From Escherichia phage vB_EcoM-RPN226, in the sequence record OL770073.2: a DNA stretch of 64,000 nt. One strand, 5' to 3'. Below the pieces are notes generated by a model. That model ran no database searches. It was given only the letters and a program-made list of their open reading frames with translations, and was not told the DNA's origin. The stretch's first letter is position 1, and every line of letters starts with the position of its first letter. The translations under genes were made by a program, and so were the position numbers. Shown here one piece after another: positions 29,346 through 40,240 of the stretch.

Positions 29346-31324
29346 TGTGATATAGGCTCCAAATCGATAGTTAAGTATTGTGGACGTAAATCATTTTCAA
29401 ATACAATCAGTGAACCATCGCGTGTGAAAATAACATCGTCTATTGGATCAGAATATAGCTCAATAGTCTGAACCTCAAATTTATCGGATGTTAAATTAAT
29501 TTTAGCGATATTCCAATAAATCATGTCAGCTGGATAATTTATTTCACCGATAACGTAGTATTTGTCGCGTCCATCGGAACTTGCTAATTTATTAAAATCA
29601 TTGCCTGTATATGGCTGAATGTTTTCATTTTCTGTAACATCGCCAGAAGCAAATGGACCAATAATAACTTTACCAATTCCTTTAGAATCTCGGTCTGTTG
29701 ATACTATGCGAACGTCATATAATACATCTTCTTCTAAACCAGTATCAGGATTTACAACCTTTCGTCCAGAATTAAATGAAAACGTATTAGATTCCATAGA
29801 ACGATCTTTTATTTGATTATTGTATTTAATACCTGCTTCAGGCGTTTTATAGAAGTTTTGTACTTCACGAACAATTTGAATTGTCGCTGATGAACCAATG
29901 ATAGAATGATCTGCATCATCTACATATGTCAACATCTTAGATTTAGCGAAAGATGAGTTAAAAATTTCTACGTCTTCGGTATAATAACGATCAATTTTAT
30001 CAATTATTTGACCTTCGAGCCACTGTTCGGATTCTTGCAGCTTATTTAAAGCATATGTGACTTTTAAATTAGTCTTAATAAAAAGATAATTAGGAGAAAT
30101 AATTGATGGCGTAATAGGAGCTAAATTATAGTCTTTGAGATAATTTTTAATATCTTCGCGCTGTACAGTAGTTAAATACAACCCTGATTTAGGTTTAGCC
30201 GCAATAAATGCATAACCAGGTTTAGTAGAATCAGTGAAAGTCTGAACTGCTTGAATAATAGAACCAAATCTCTCTGAGACGAATGTATCATAGTCAGTTG
30301 CAGTTACGCAGCGTTGCTGGGTTTCGCGTTTAATAGTACCCAATTCGCGAATACGTTCAATATCTTCTGGATCGCCGCCGCCATCTGCCCCAACAAAATC
30401 TGGGTCATCGTTTGGATTTTCATTAATGTTGATGACAGTTATATTTGTTAATGTATCTGCATATGAAAATCCGACTGCGCCATTCGCATCTGCGCCGTTA
30501 GTACTGATGTACTCAATAACAATCGTAGAGTTCTGAGTAGGTTTAAGACCCCCAATATAATTAGCAGTCAATGCTCCTTCTGCCGCATTAACAGAAATCT
30601 CACCTTCACCAAAATAAAACTCAGTATTTCCATCAATAGTTTCACGCATGTAGTAAATTGTTGATGTAGAACCAGCATGAACCATTGACTTTCTTGTCCA
30701 GTTAATCCATTCTGCTCCATCAACGTACAGTTTAACTTGGTTTCTATCTATATTTTTGTCATAAATGATAATAGGTGTTAATTTATCATAAATGATTTCA
30801 GTTCTTACTATACGTCCCTGGGCTAATTTTAAACGCGGAAAATACTGGTTATTTTTATCGCGAATAGCAATAACATCTTCGGTAGATACAAAGTTATAAG
30901 GATTAACTGAAGTATCTTTTGCATATGCTAAAAAGCGAGTACCACGAGGAATAGTAATGTAATTTCTATTCAATGCATCTGTACAAGTTAGCATAATTTC
31001 AGTTTGAGCAGCTGATTTTGAAGTAGGTAAATATCCATTATCTTGTGCCGCTTGAACTACTGAACTACGTAAGTTAGCAGTACGCATAAAACTTTCATAC
31101 ACGGCAGCATTACCAAACTGCTGAATGTATAATGTATTATAAGCCAAAAGGTCGCACAGAACGTTTAATCTTGAGCCTTCAAAATCATAATCCAAAAATT
31201 CATTTTGGCCATTAAGCCATTCAATGAGGTTTTGTTTTATTTCAGCAAATGTACCCCCGACGAATATCTCGGGAATAGCATTTGCTGTTCTTGTTAATTG
31301 ATAATTTACAGGGGTATTTGCCAT
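29342..31324 (-). CDS. 6: baseplate wedge protein gp6
   Basis: 660 aa, order and length as T4. Confidence 0.9.
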   Translation of the reverse strand: MANTPVNYQLTRTANAIPEIFVGGTFAEIKQNLIEWLNGQNEFLDYDFEGSRLNVLCDLLAYNTLYIQQFGNAAVYESFMRTANLRSSVVQAAQDNGYLPTSKSAAQTEIMLTCTDALNRNYITIPRGTRFLAYAKDTSVNPYNFVSTEDVIAIRDKNNQYFPRLKLAQGRIVRTEIIYDKLTPIIIYDKNIDRNQVKLYVDGAEWINWTRKSMVHAGSTSTIYYMRETIDGNTEFYFGEGEISVNAAEGALTANYIGGLKPTQNSTIVIEYISTNGADANGAVGFSYADTLTNITVININENPNDDPDFVGADGGGDPEDIERIRELGTIKRETQQRCVTATDYDTFVSERFGSIIQAVQTFTDSTKPGYAFIAAKPKSGLYLTTVQREDIKNYLKDYNLAPITPSIISPNYLFIKTNLKVTYALNKLQESEQWLEGQIIDKIDRYYTEDVEIFNSSFAKSKMLTYVDDADHSIIGSSATIQIVREVQNFYKTPEAGIKYNNQIKDRSMESNTFSFNSGRKVVNPDTGLEEDVLYDVRIVSTDRDSKGIGKVIIGPFASGDVTENENIQPYTGNDFNKLASSDGRDKYYVIGEINYPADMIYWNIAKINLTSDKFEVQTIELYSDPIDDVIFTRDGSLIVFENDLRPQYLTIDLEPISQ

Positions 31325-31332
31325 TTTAAATC

Positions 31333-31626
31333 CTATTTAATGAATACTTTAGATGATGCCTGAGCCACAGTATCACCGCATGATATTGGATCAGCCATTT
31401 GAACAGCTTTCTTTCCAGTGACATATACCTTAGAAGTTCTAGGTTGTGTCACTCCGCCATGTGTTTCATATGGCTTTTTAATTTCTGTATGTTCTGTAAT
31501 TGGATCACCTGCTACGAGAACAGCAATTCCTCCAGTGAATACTTTACTTTGTGTAGCATTCACAACCGTTGGAGGCCATGCTTCATGGCCGGCAGTAACA
31601 CACTTATCATAACTTAATCCTGACAT
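31333..31626 (-). CDS. 5.4: PAAR-repeat tail spike tip protein gp5.4
   Basis: 97 aa, small beta-rich protein with Cys/His pairs, position between 5.1 and 6. Confidence 0.8.
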
Positions 31627-32163
31627 TTATGGCCTCTCATACACGTAGCTTCTCAATTTATTAGCCCAACGACTCCAATTTCCAACTATAGTTTTTGTAT
31701 AATTTTTAACAAGAGTTTTTCTTATTGGAGCTGGAGGATTCGTTGGTTCAGTAGTATCAGAAGATGACCTAGAATTACTGCCAGAACCTCCAGATTCACC
31801 TTGTTCTTGATAGTCATATATTAATGTTACTTCGTAAGTGAATGTCTTCTGGAGGTTTTGAGGAGCTTTCCATAGATATAACTGAGTATTAGAATCAGTT
31901 GGAAGGTCTTCCCATGAAGCAGCAGTTTTAAATTCATTATCTAAACGATATTTCAACACATCATTTCCAAATCCAAACACAGATTCATACGTTCCATATA
32001 AACGATTTTCTTCTACTAAAATCCCAGGAGTTTCTTCGTAACTAGTTATATTTATAGATACTAACGTTTCACCTGTTTCTAATTGAGCGGTAAAGGTGAC
32101 GTCGATAGAAGAACCTTCCATGGATTCTCCTAAATCAGCGCTCATTGGAAGTATATTAGCCAA
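31627..32163 (-). CDS. 5.1: hypothetical protein (T4 5.1-like position)
   Basis: 178 aa, position between gene 5 region and 5.4. Confidence 0.55.
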
Positions 32164-33022
32164 TTGTTGAATTCTCTAATGATGTAAATTTATAATCACA
32201 TTTTTTCAACGCTTTTAAAATTGCGTTATAACTTACATCCGGGAGGTCGTGTTCAATTGCTTTTTCTCTAAACCATTTGTATTTCTGTGGATGTGGTTTT
32301 CCCAAATCCTCCCAAAGTTTTTTGACTTTTTCTATACTAATCCAAGGTTCAACTGATCTTAGTTTTTTATTTCTAGCATCTAATCTCGATTTTCTTATCA
32401 AAGGATCATTCCATGATTGTTTCGTTCCTTCTATTTTTCCTGGATGATTGATTAATTTGTTTCTATATTCATCAGATTTCCATAAAGATTTAACGGTATT
32501 AGAAATACGAATTTTTAATGTTGGATCATTTTCAAAAGCAGTTTTCATCGCATTACTCATTTTCTTTCGATATTCTGGCGATGCGCATCTTTCTTTGTTT
32601 ATTTTAGATATTTTCTCTGAAAATTCTTTAGTTGACGTTGATTTAGCTAATGCCTTCAATTGAGCTTTCCTATATTCAGGATTAGACCACATTCTCTTCA
32701 AATCTTCGGATGAAAAACCATCACCGCCGGATTTTATATTGGTACATAGAATATCAGATGATTTATATTTCGAAATCCAATATCTTTCTCTTGAATTGAG
32801 GATTTCATAAGTAGAAACAAATTCAATTATTTCAAAATCTATTTTATAACCAGGTTTATTACGTATCTTTTTAATATAATCACCGGAACCTCTATACTTA
32901 TCATTTTCTAAATCAAAATATCTAGATTCATGTTTACCAATATAAACCCGTACTAATCCTTTCGGATTAGTAACGGTTGTTTTATATATGTATCTAAATT
33001 GAACTGTGTTAGATTTTTTCAT
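32156..33022 (-). CDS. segC: GIY-YIG homing endonuclease (segC-like) between genes 5 and 5.1
   Basis: N-terminal GIY-YIG motifs FRYIYKTTV...VRVYIGKH...RERYWISKYKS; basic C-terminal DNA-binding region; late promoter overlapping gene 5 stop. Confidence 0.75.
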   Translation of the reverse strand: MKKSNTVQFRYIYKTTVTNPKGLVRVYIGKHESRYFDLENDKYRGSGDYIKKIRNKPGYKIDFEIIEFVSTYEILNSRERYWISKYKSSDILCTNIKSGGDGFSSEDLKRMWSNPEYRKAQLKALAKSTSTKEFSEKISKINKERCASPEYRKKMSNAMKTAFENDPTLKIRISNTVKSLWKSDEYRNKLINHPGKIEGTKQSWNDPLIRKSRLDARNKKLRSVEPWISIEKVKKLWEDLGKPHPQKYKWFREKAIEHDLPDVSYNAILKALKKCDYKFTSLENSTIG

Positions 33023-33038
33023 AATTCACCTCTGGAAT

Positions 33039-33046
33039 TATTTATA
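33039..33046 (-). promoter_or_regulatory. late promoter (TATAAATA) for segC-like gene, overlapping gene 5 stop
   Basis: TATTTATA on plus strand 17 nt upstream of the GIY-YIG ORF start, followed by SD GAGGTG. Confidence 0.55.
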
Positions 33047-34772
33047 AACCTACGTCTATACGGCTACCATCAATTGTGTATTGACCAGATGAAATAGAAC
33101 TCATAGATGCCATTTTTTCTGTCCAATCTCCACCAACGTCCCAATCAACTGTCCCAGCAACTTTCCAAGAAAGATTTCCATTTACTGTATTAGTCTGATT
33201 TCCTTCAACTAAAGTGGTAGCATCCCCTTTAACTGTAATGTCAGCATTACCTTCAACTACAATAGTAACATTACCTTTGACTAGGATAGTTCCATTACCT
33301 TCAACTGTCTTAGTTTCATCGCCACGTACAAATATTGTATTGCTTCCATCTATTTGATGGAGACGATTATCCATGTTGTAATAAATTTCTGATCCACCGA
33401 CGTTAGTCTTTTTATCGCCAGCTACCAAAAAATTACCATCAGCATTTGTTATATCATACAAATTATCAACAGTTTTTCTTGTTCTTCTTCCTGATGGTGA
33501 TACTTCCTCATATGTTCCAGTTGGATGAACTAATCTGTATCGTTCTTGTCCCGGGGTATCGTCAAATTCCTGAATATGACCGCTTTCAGTTTCCATTGTG
33601 TGAACATACGGATATTCACCTTTATATGAAGAAACAGGTTCTTTGAATAAAATTCTTGAATCATTCGGAATAGGAGGGTCAGCCGGGTCAGAAGACTTTG
33701 CTACAGTAGCAGCCATTGCCGACAAAGACCTAGCTGGTGTTTTCACTTCAATACCATATGATTCCAAATTACCGGTAAGAATAATCATGGTAACACGGGA
33801 TGCACGGCCTTTTGTTTGTTGATACCACAATGAATCACGACCAGCTTTATATGCTTTTTCCCAATCTCCGGCTAACATAGCAGTTAACATTGTGTTAAAT
33901 TTAGCTACACCGCCAACGCCCATCTGAAATGCCATATTTTCTAACGCCATTTGACGAGAACGATTAACTGCCTGCCAAACTGGGCCAACTTTAGAATGTG
34001 ATTTAATGTCACGTTGCATATCAGCTAAATCACGTTCAAATAAAGTTACCGCTTCTTCCATTGTAATAGAACCTGGATTTCCGGTAATTTCACGACCAAC
34101 TTGTTTTGATAAAACTTTATTAATTTGGGCCATATCACGAACTGGCTGCTTCATGATAAGATGACCAATACCAATTGTCGGATATCCTTCGGTATCCCAA
34201 TAAACTTTTAGTCTTAATCCTTCATCGCGGCGAAGCATTTCAGCCATTGACATATTTGGATTATCATCAATTGGAATCTCTGATAGTGGTCTATCATCAG
34301 GATTTATCGCAGTGTCTAAATTACTATCTTGGATAATATTAGAAGACGAATCATATCCTACTTCTCCGCCTTGGTTTAATACGTTAGTATCATTTCCTAG
34401 ACGTCTAGGATACTGTCCAGTCGGGTCAGAAAATCCTTCAAGTCTATTAGGCTTTTCGCGAACTATTCCACCATACGTGCCAAGGACAATTCCGTTAGTT
34501 TTCCATTTGTCTAAAAAATGACCATAAACTCTAGTTCCTTCTACCGGACCAGTAACGGAGCCTCCAATTCCAGACATTGCTGCAGAAGTTATAGGTTGAA
34601 TAACTGACATCCATGGTAATTTATCAGTTGGAATACCCATTACATCACCTTGCGCTCTTTGAGGTGGATGCAGACCAACCACACGAACACGAACACGACC
34701 TAATTTTAATGGGTCCATTCTATCTTCAACAACACCAACAAACCAATTAAGGTTATTACTTATCATTTCCAT
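33042..34772 (-). CDS. 5: baseplate hub / tail-associated lysozyme gp5
   Basis: 576 aa; central lysozyme-like domain; C-terminal beta-helix repeats VEGNxxxxVxGxxT. Confidence 0.9.
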   Translation of the reverse strand: MEMISNNLNWFVGVVEDRMDPLKLGRVRVRVVGLHPPQRAQGDVMGIPTDKLPWMSVIQPITSAAMSGIGGSVTGPVEGTRVYGHFLDKWKTNGIVLGTYGGIVREKPNRLEGFSDPTGQYPRRLGNDTNVLNQGGEVGYDSSSNIIQDSNLDTAINPDDRPLSEIPIDDNPNMSMAEMLRRDEGLRLKVYWDTEGYPTIGIGHLIMKQPVRDMAQINKVLSKQVGREITGNPGSITMEEAVTLFERDLADMQRDIKSHSKVGPVWQAVNRSRQMALENMAFQMGVGGVAKFNTMLTAMLAGDWEKAYKAGRDSLWYQQTKGRASRVTMIILTGNLESYGIEVKTPARSLSAMAATVAKSSDPADPPIPNDSRILFKEPVSSYKGEYPYVHTMETESGHIQEFDDTPGQERYRLVHPTGTYEEVSPSGRRTRKTVDNLYDITNADGNFLVAGDKKTNVGGSEIYYNMDNRLHQIDGSNTIFVRGDETKTVEGNGTILVKGNVTIVVEGNADITVKGDATTLVEGNQTNTVNGNLSWKVAGTVDWDVGGDWTEKMASMSSISSGQYTIDGSRIDVGL

Positions 34773-35346
34773 AAGATTTCTCCATTATACGTATAAGGTC
34801 GTTCATAAATGAATTGATGTCTGATTTTGCTATTATTTTTATTTGACGAAGTTTTTCATTTTCAAGAACAGCAGCTTCATACGTATCGACCGCAGCAAGT
34901 GCTCCTTCATATTGAGGATATTTTCTAGCTTTATCGCCTTTGTCATACCAAACATATGGATTATCATCGTATGATATTAAATTATAAAATTTTTCACCGT
35001 TCTCATTCACATGATATACTATTTGGTCTCCACCTACATTTTTGTATTTTTGTATAGATGCTTGATAAGCAGCTTCTTGTGAAGTAATCCATCCATAATA
35101 CGGATCATAATTATCATTACACATCAATAAAACCCAATACAACTGTGGATTTCCATATATAGCATTTGCTAATTCTTCCGGGCGTGGTGAACCTTTAATA
35201 TAATAAGTACGTAAACGGTATCCCGCAAGAGCGCGTTTGAAATAGTCTTTATAGTTTCTAAAAATATCTGTCATAGGAATAGTCGGCGCGTTTTTATTCA
35301 CCGTTTTGGCCGCATATTCAATCGGATCAAAAAATGTAAAGAGCAT
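34756..35346 (-). CDS. 53: baseplate wedge protein gp53
   Basis: 196 aa, overlaps gene 5 start, late promoter upstream. Confidence 0.85.
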   Translation of the reverse strand: MLFTFFDPIEYAAKTVNKNAPTIPMTDIFRNYKDYFKRALAGYRLRTYYIKGSPRPEELANAIYGNPQLYWVLLMCNDNYDPYYGWITSQEAAYQASIQKYKNVGGDQIVYHVNENGEKFYNLISYDDNPYVWYDKGDKARKYPQYEGALAAVDTYEAAVLENEKLRQIKIIAKSDINSFMNDLIRIMEKSYGNDK

Positions 35347-35359
35347 GGGCCCTCCTGTT

Positions 35360-35367
35360 TATAAATA
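35360..35367 (+). promoter_or_regulatory. late promoter (TATAAATA) for gene 4
   Basis: TATAAATA on plus strand 27 nt upstream of gene 4 ATG; back-to-back with the gene 53 late promoter. Confidence 0.55.
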
Positions 35368-35374
35368 TATTATC

Positions 35375-35382
35375 TATTTATA
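35375..35382 (-). promoter_or_regulatory. late promoter (TATAAATA) for gene 53
   Basis: TATTTATA on plus strand about 30 nt upstream of gene 53 start. Confidence 0.55.
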
Positions 35383-35393
35383 AGGAGAATCCA

Positions 35394-35846
35394 ATGGCAT
35401 ATTCTGGAAAATGGGTTCCTAAAAATATATCAAAATATAGAGGTGACCCTAAAAAAATTACGTATAGATCAAATTGGGAAAAATTCTTTTTTGAATGGTT
35501 AGATAAAAATCCAGAAATTATTGCATGGGGTAGTGAAACAGCAGTAATTCCTTATTTTTGTAATGCAGAAGGGAAAAAACGTAGATACTTCATGGATATT
35601 TGGATGAAAGATTCTTCTGGACAAGAATTTTTTATTGAAATAAAACCTAAAAAAGAAACACAACCACCAGTTAAACCGGCACATCTAACAACTGCAGCGA
35701 AGAAAAGATTTATGAATGAAATTTATACATATTCCGTTAATACTGATAAATGGAAAGCAGCGCAATCTTTAGCTGAAAAGCGTGGAATAAAATTTAGAAT
35801 TCTAACAGAAGATGGATTAAGAGCTCTTGGCTTTAAGGGGGCATAA
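35394..35846 (+). CDS. 4: head completion protein gp4
   Basis: 150 aa, divergent from gene 53, TATAAATA late promoter at 35360-35367. Confidence 0.85.
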   Translation: MAYSGKWVPKNISKYRGDPKKITYRSNWEKFFFEWLDKNPEIIAWGSETAVIPYFCNAEGKKRRYFMDIWMKDSSGQEFFIEIKPKKETQPPVKPAHLTTAAKKRFMNEIYTYSVNTDKWKAAQSLAEKRGIKFRILTEDGLRALGFKGA

Positions 35847-36670
35847 TGGCTATTTTTCAAATAATTAATGAAAGCACTCCCCAAGTTCCAAAGGTTAAGC
35901 AATCATTAAACGAAAAGAAATGGATTCAGATAGGTCTTGAATACAAAAAGGCCAAAGCAAAAGGAATGACAGGAAAGCAATTTGCCGAAGAAAGAGGAAT
36001 CAAATACTCTACGTTTACTTCGGCAATGTCAAAATATGCTTCAGGAATTAAAACGGCTGAAAAGATTCAAAAGCTTGAATCAAAACCAATGAATAAACTC
36101 AATAAGCAAGAAAGACAACTGCTTATGATAAATTCATTCAGGCAAACATTGCGTGATAAAATTCGTAATGAAGGTGCAGCAATTAATAATAAAACCAGAA
36201 AGTGGTTTGCTGAAACTATTAAGCAAGTAAAAGGACATAAAGTTGTTCGCCCGCAGCCGGGACGAATATATGCTTTTGCTTATGATGCTAAACACAAAGA
36301 AACTCTTCCTTATTGGGATAAATTTCCTTTGATAATTTACCTCGGTTTAGGTAAACATAATTTAATGTACGGATTGAACTTGCACTATATTCCACCTAAA
36401 GCTCGTCAACAGTTTCTAGAAGAGCTTTTAAAGCAATATTCAAATACACCTACTATTACTAATAAAACGAAATTAAAAATTGATTGGAGTCAAGTGAAAG
36501 GATTTAGGGGTGCAGACCAAATGATTAAGGCATATATACCTGGTAATATTATGGGTAGCCTTGTTGAAATCGCCCCGAAAGACTGGGCGAACGTTGTGTT
36601 AATGCCACTCCAAAGCTTCTACTCCAAAGGAAAACGTTTCTCTGCAAACAAAGTCTGGTCAAATATCTAA
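35846..36670 (+). CDS. 2: DNA end protector protein gp2
   Basis: 274 aa, position and length as T4 gp2. Confidence 0.85.
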   Translation: MAIFQIINESTPQVPKVKQSLNEKKWIQIGLEYKKAKAKGMTGKQFAEERGIKYSTFTSAMSKYASGIKTAEKIQKLESKPMNKLNKQERQLLMINSFRQTLRDKIRNEGAAINNKTRKWFAETIKQVKGHKVVRPQPGRIYAFAYDAKHKETLPYWDKFPLIIYLGLGKHNLMYGLNLHYIPPKARQQFLEELLKQYSNTPTITNKTKLKIDWSQVKGFRGADQMIKAYIPGNIMGSLVEIAPKDWANVVLMPLQSFYSKGKRFSANKVWSNI

Positions 36671-36776
36671 TTCTATTATCTTCCATTCTTTTCTATTGTT
36701 TGTTCTAAATGGAATTGAATGGAAGAGACCTAAAACCATTATACCACCAACAGTTATAAAGCATTATGAGGAATAT

Positions 36777-37307
36777 ATGTCGCAAGCTCTGCAACAAATT
36801 TTTAACCAAGCCAATACAACTAACTTTGTAGTATCAATACCACACAGTAATACTACATCTGCTTTTACTTTAAACGCTCAGTCAGTTCCTATTCCAGGAA
36901 TTAGAATACCTGTTACTGATACCGTGACTGGACCGTTTGGACTAGGCCGAGCACAACGCCCAGGAGTTACATTTGAGTACGATCCACTCATCGTGAGATT
37001 TATAGTTGATGAAGAGCTTAAGTCGTGGATAGGAATGTATGAATGGATGCTAGGAACTAGTAACTATCTTACAGGCGAAAATACTGCCCAAAAAACAGGT
37101 CCTGAATACATTACGCTTTACATTTTAGATAATAGTAAAACTGAAATCGTGATGTCAATAAATTTTTATAAGCCTTGGGTTTCTGACCTGTCTGAAGTAG
37201 AATTTAGCTACACGGAAGATTCAGACCCAGCCTTAGTATGCACAGCAACGATTCCTTATACGTATTTTCAAGTAGAAAAAGATGGTAAAATTATAGCAGA
37301 AGTTTAA
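36777..37307 (+). CDS. 3: tail completion / sheath stabiliser gp3
   Basis: longest ORF starts 36696; ATG at 36777 after GAGGAA gives 176 aa as in T4. Confidence 0.8.
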   Translation: MSQALQQIFNQANTTNFVVSIPHSNTTSAFTLNAQSVPIPGIRIPVTDTVTGPFGLGRAQRPGVTFEYDPLIVRFIVDEELKSWIGMYEWMLGTSNYLTGENTAQKTGPEYITLYILDNSKTEIVMSINFYKPWVSDLSEVEFSYTEDSDPALVCTATIPYTYFQVEKDGKIIAEV

Positions 37308-37331
37308 TGCTTAAGTTTCATGTGTTATAAT
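37305..37331 (+). promoter_or_regulatory. MotA-dependent middle promoter for gene 1
   Basis: MotA box TTAATGCTTAA (TGCTTAA 37308-37314) followed by TATAAT at 37326-37331. Confidence 0.55.
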
Positions 37332-37356
37332 CTTAACTAAATTTGAGGAGAAACAT

Positions 37357-38069
37357 ATGAAACTAATCTTTTTAAGTGGTGTAAAGCGTAGTGGAAAAGA
37401 TACTACCGCAGATTTTATCATGAATAATTATTCTGCAGTTAAATATCAACTTGCTGGTCCTATTAAGGATGCATTGGCTTATGCATGGGGTGTATTTGCA
37501 GCAAACACTGACTATCCTTGTTTAACTCGTAAAGAGTTTGAAGGAATTGACTATGATCGTGAAACTAATTTAAATCTGACTAAATTAGAAGTAATTACGA
37601 TTATGGAACAAGCATTTTGCTATCTTAATAGTAAAAGCCCAATTAAAGGTGTGTTTGTTTTTGATGACGCAGTTAATTTCGTAGCATTTAACAAGATTGC
37701 TGACGTTATAAATAATATTGAAGATCAATGGTCAGTCCGTCGTCTGATGCAAGCCCTAGGTACGGATTTGATTGTTAATAACTTCGACCGCATGTATTGG
37801 GTAAAATTATTTGCTTTAGATTATCTTGATAAATTTAACTCAGGTTATGATTATTATATCGTTCCTGATACTCGTCAAGATCATGAAATGGATGCGGCTA
37901 GGGCGATGGGTGCTACAGTAATTCATGTAGTTCGTCCTGGTCAAAAATCCAATGATACTCATATTACAGAAGCTGGATTGCCAATTCGTGATGGCGATTT
38001 AGTAATTACAAACGATGGTTCTCTTGAAGAACTTTTTTCTAAAATTAAAAATACACTAAAGGTACTATA

Positions 38070-38070
<1 letters not shown>
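37357..38070 (+). CDS. 1: deoxynucleoside monophosphate kinase gp1
   Basis: 237 aa, P-loop GVKRSGKDT; MotA-box middle promoter upstream. Confidence 0.9.
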
Positions 38071-38767
<697 letters not shown>

Positions 38768-38779
38768 TTTCACAAAGTT

Positions 38780-38810
38780 GTTTACACGTTGATGAGGTAG
38801 TGATACTATT
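38780..38810 (+). promoter_or_regulatory. early promoter (GTTTAC -35, GATACTAT -10) for IPI-like gene
   Basis: GTTTAC at 38780-38785; -10 flanked by inverted repeat GATGAGGTA/TACCTCATC. Confidence 0.6.
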
Positions 38811-38839
38811 ACCTCATCAAAATTAATTAGGAAAATAAA

Positions 38840-39112
38840 ATGAAAACTTTCAAAGAATTTATCAATGAAGCTGCTTTTAACGAAAAAGTAAAAATTAGCA
38901 AAGCTGTCAAGACTATGATTGATAACATCAATTACCTATATGGTATTGATTTAACTGACTATGTAACAGTTGGTAACAAACGTAACTATTTCGTGTTTGA
39001 CATCTCTGAACTTGACCAGAATCAAATTAACAACATTGAGCGTTTTGCTAATGATAAGGGTCTTCGACACGAGCCTGGTGGCTATAAAAAATACGCAATT
39101 TATTTAAAATGA
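38840..39112 (+). CDS. ipI: internal protein I-like (capsid-targeted, candidate anti-restriction protein)
   Basis: 90 aa, N-terminal capsid targeting sequence MKTFKEFINEA with gp21-type cleavage sites after Glu; own early promoter at 38780. Confidence 0.65.
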   Translation: MKTFKEFINEAAFNEKVKISKAVKTMIDNINYLYGIDLTDYVTVGNKRNYFVFDISELDQNQINNIERFANDKGLRHEPGGYKKYAIYLK

Positions 39113-39145
39113 GTTTACTTTTAGATGGGGTAGTGATACTATTAC
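39113..39145 (+). promoter_or_regulatory. early promoter (near-duplicate of the 38780 promoter)
   Basis: GTTTAC at 39113-39118; shares GGTAGTGATACTATTACC with the 38780 promoter. Confidence 0.6.
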
Positions 39146-39170
39146 CCTATCAACTACAGAGGAGAATAAA

Positions 39171-39353
39171 ATGAAACGTTGTGAATTAATTCGAAATGTT
39201 GCTATTGCAATTTCTGCTTCCGCTTTTAGTTTTTCAATGTTTGTTGGATTTATATGCGGATTATTAACTACAGCAGAAAATGTGTTTTCACTTGTAGTAG
39301 CATTTTTAATTGGTTTAATCGCTATCGTTATGGATAAAATTTCTAAAGGTTAA
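39171..39353 (+). CDS. small hydrophobic membrane protein
   Basis: 60 aa with two predicted TM helices, early promoter at 39113, RBS gaggag. Confidence 0.45.
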   Translation: MKRCELIRNVAIAISASAFSFSMFVGFICGLLTTAENVFSLVVAFLIGLIAIVMDKISKG

Positions 39354-39355
39354 TA

Positions 39356-39643
39356 ATGATTCTTTATGCGAAAGTATCGTCCGTTGAAAATGGATATAAA
39401 TATGATCAAGATGCGGCTAAAGCCTTGATTGATGATTATGGCATTTTAACATGTTTTGAAGTTGAAAAGGTTTACATTGACCGTTCATCTTCTCAAGTTA
39501 AATTAGTAAAGGAAGACCGTAAATTTAATACAGTAAATTTTGATTTCTTTATTGAAACAGAAAAAGGTCCTCTTGAATATGATATTTTCAAGAATCCTTT
39601 GGGTCTTGAATGCATCGTAAATATGTATTATCATAAATGGTAA
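39356..39643 (+). CDS. hypothetical protein
   Basis: 95-aa ORF translationally coupled to previous (TAATAATG). Confidence 0.45.
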   Translation: MILYAKVSSVENGYKYDQDAAKALIDDYGILTCFEVEKVYIDRSSSQVKLVKEDRKFNTVNFDFFIETEKGPLEYDIFKNPLGLECIVNMYYHKW

Positions 39644-39671
39644 ATATGCTTTAAGAATTATTTGTTATTAT
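39644..39671 (+). promoter_or_regulatory. candidate MotA-dependent middle promoter for tRNA cluster
   Basis: ATGCTTTAA (TGCTTTA 39647-39653) followed by TATTAT at 39666-39671. Confidence 0.45.
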
Positions 39672-39740
39672 TAACTCATATCGCACTGATTAATACCCTC
39701 TATCATCAAGGGTTCTTGCTTGAGAGCCTTTGTTAATAAT

Positions 39741-39813
39741 TGGGAATTAGCCAAGTTGGTAAGGCATAGCACTTTGACTGCTAGATGCAAAGGTTCGAGT
39801 CCTTTATTCCCAG
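39741..39813 (+). tRNA. tRNA-Gln (anticodon TTG)
   Basis: acceptor stem TGGGAAT/ATTCCCA, T-arm GGTTCGAGTCC, anticodon loop CTTTGAC read by hand. Confidence 0.8.
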
Positions 39814-39814
39814 C

Positions 39815-39901
39815 GCGAGAATGGTCAAATTGGTAAAGGCACAGCACTTAAAATGCTGCGGAATGATTTCCTTGTGGGTTCGAGTCCCACTTCTCGTACC
39901 A
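39815..39901 (+). tRNA. tRNA-Leu (anticodon TAA)
   Basis: acceptor GCGAGAA/TTCTCGT, long variable arm, T-arm GGTTCGAGTCC, encoded CCA; forms a dimer unit with tRNA-Gln. Confidence 0.8.
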
Positions 39902-39907
39902 AAGTTT

Positions 39908-39979
<72 letters not shown>

Positions 39980-39992
39980 AAATTTAATTTAC

Positions 39993-40065
39993 TCCGTGTA
40001 GCTCAGTTTGGTAGAGCGTCTGCTTTGGGAGCAGAATGTCGCAGGTTCAAATCCTGCCGCGGAGA
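39993..40065 (+). tRNA. tRNA-Pro (anticodon TGG)
   Basis: D-arm TAGCTCAGTTTGGTAGAGC, anticodon loop TTTGGGA, T-arm GGTTCAAATCC. Confidence 0.8.
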
Positions 40066-40067
40066 CT

Positions 40068-40154
40068 GGAGGCGTGGCAGAGTGGTTTAATGCACCGGTC
40101 TTGAAAACCGGCAGTCGCTCCGGCGACTCATAGGTTCAAATCCTATCGCCTCCG
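40068..40154 (+). tRNA. tRNA-Ser (anticodon TGA)
   Basis: acceptor GGAGGCG/CGCCTCC, long variable arm, anticodon loop CTTGAAA, T-arm GGTTCAAATCC. Confidence 0.8.
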
Positions 40155-40161
40155 TAATTTC

Positions 40162-40234
40162 GCTGATTTAGCTCAGTAGGTAGAGCAACTCACTTGTAAT
40201 GAGGATGTCGGCGGTTCGATTCCGTCAATCAGCA
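40162..40234 (+). tRNA. tRNA-Thr (anticodon TGT)
   Basis: acceptor GCTGATT/AATCAGC, D-arm TAGCTCAGTAGGTAGAGC, anticodon loop CTTGTAA, T-arm GGTTCGATTCC. Confidence 0.8.
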
Positions 40235-40240
40235 TATCAA

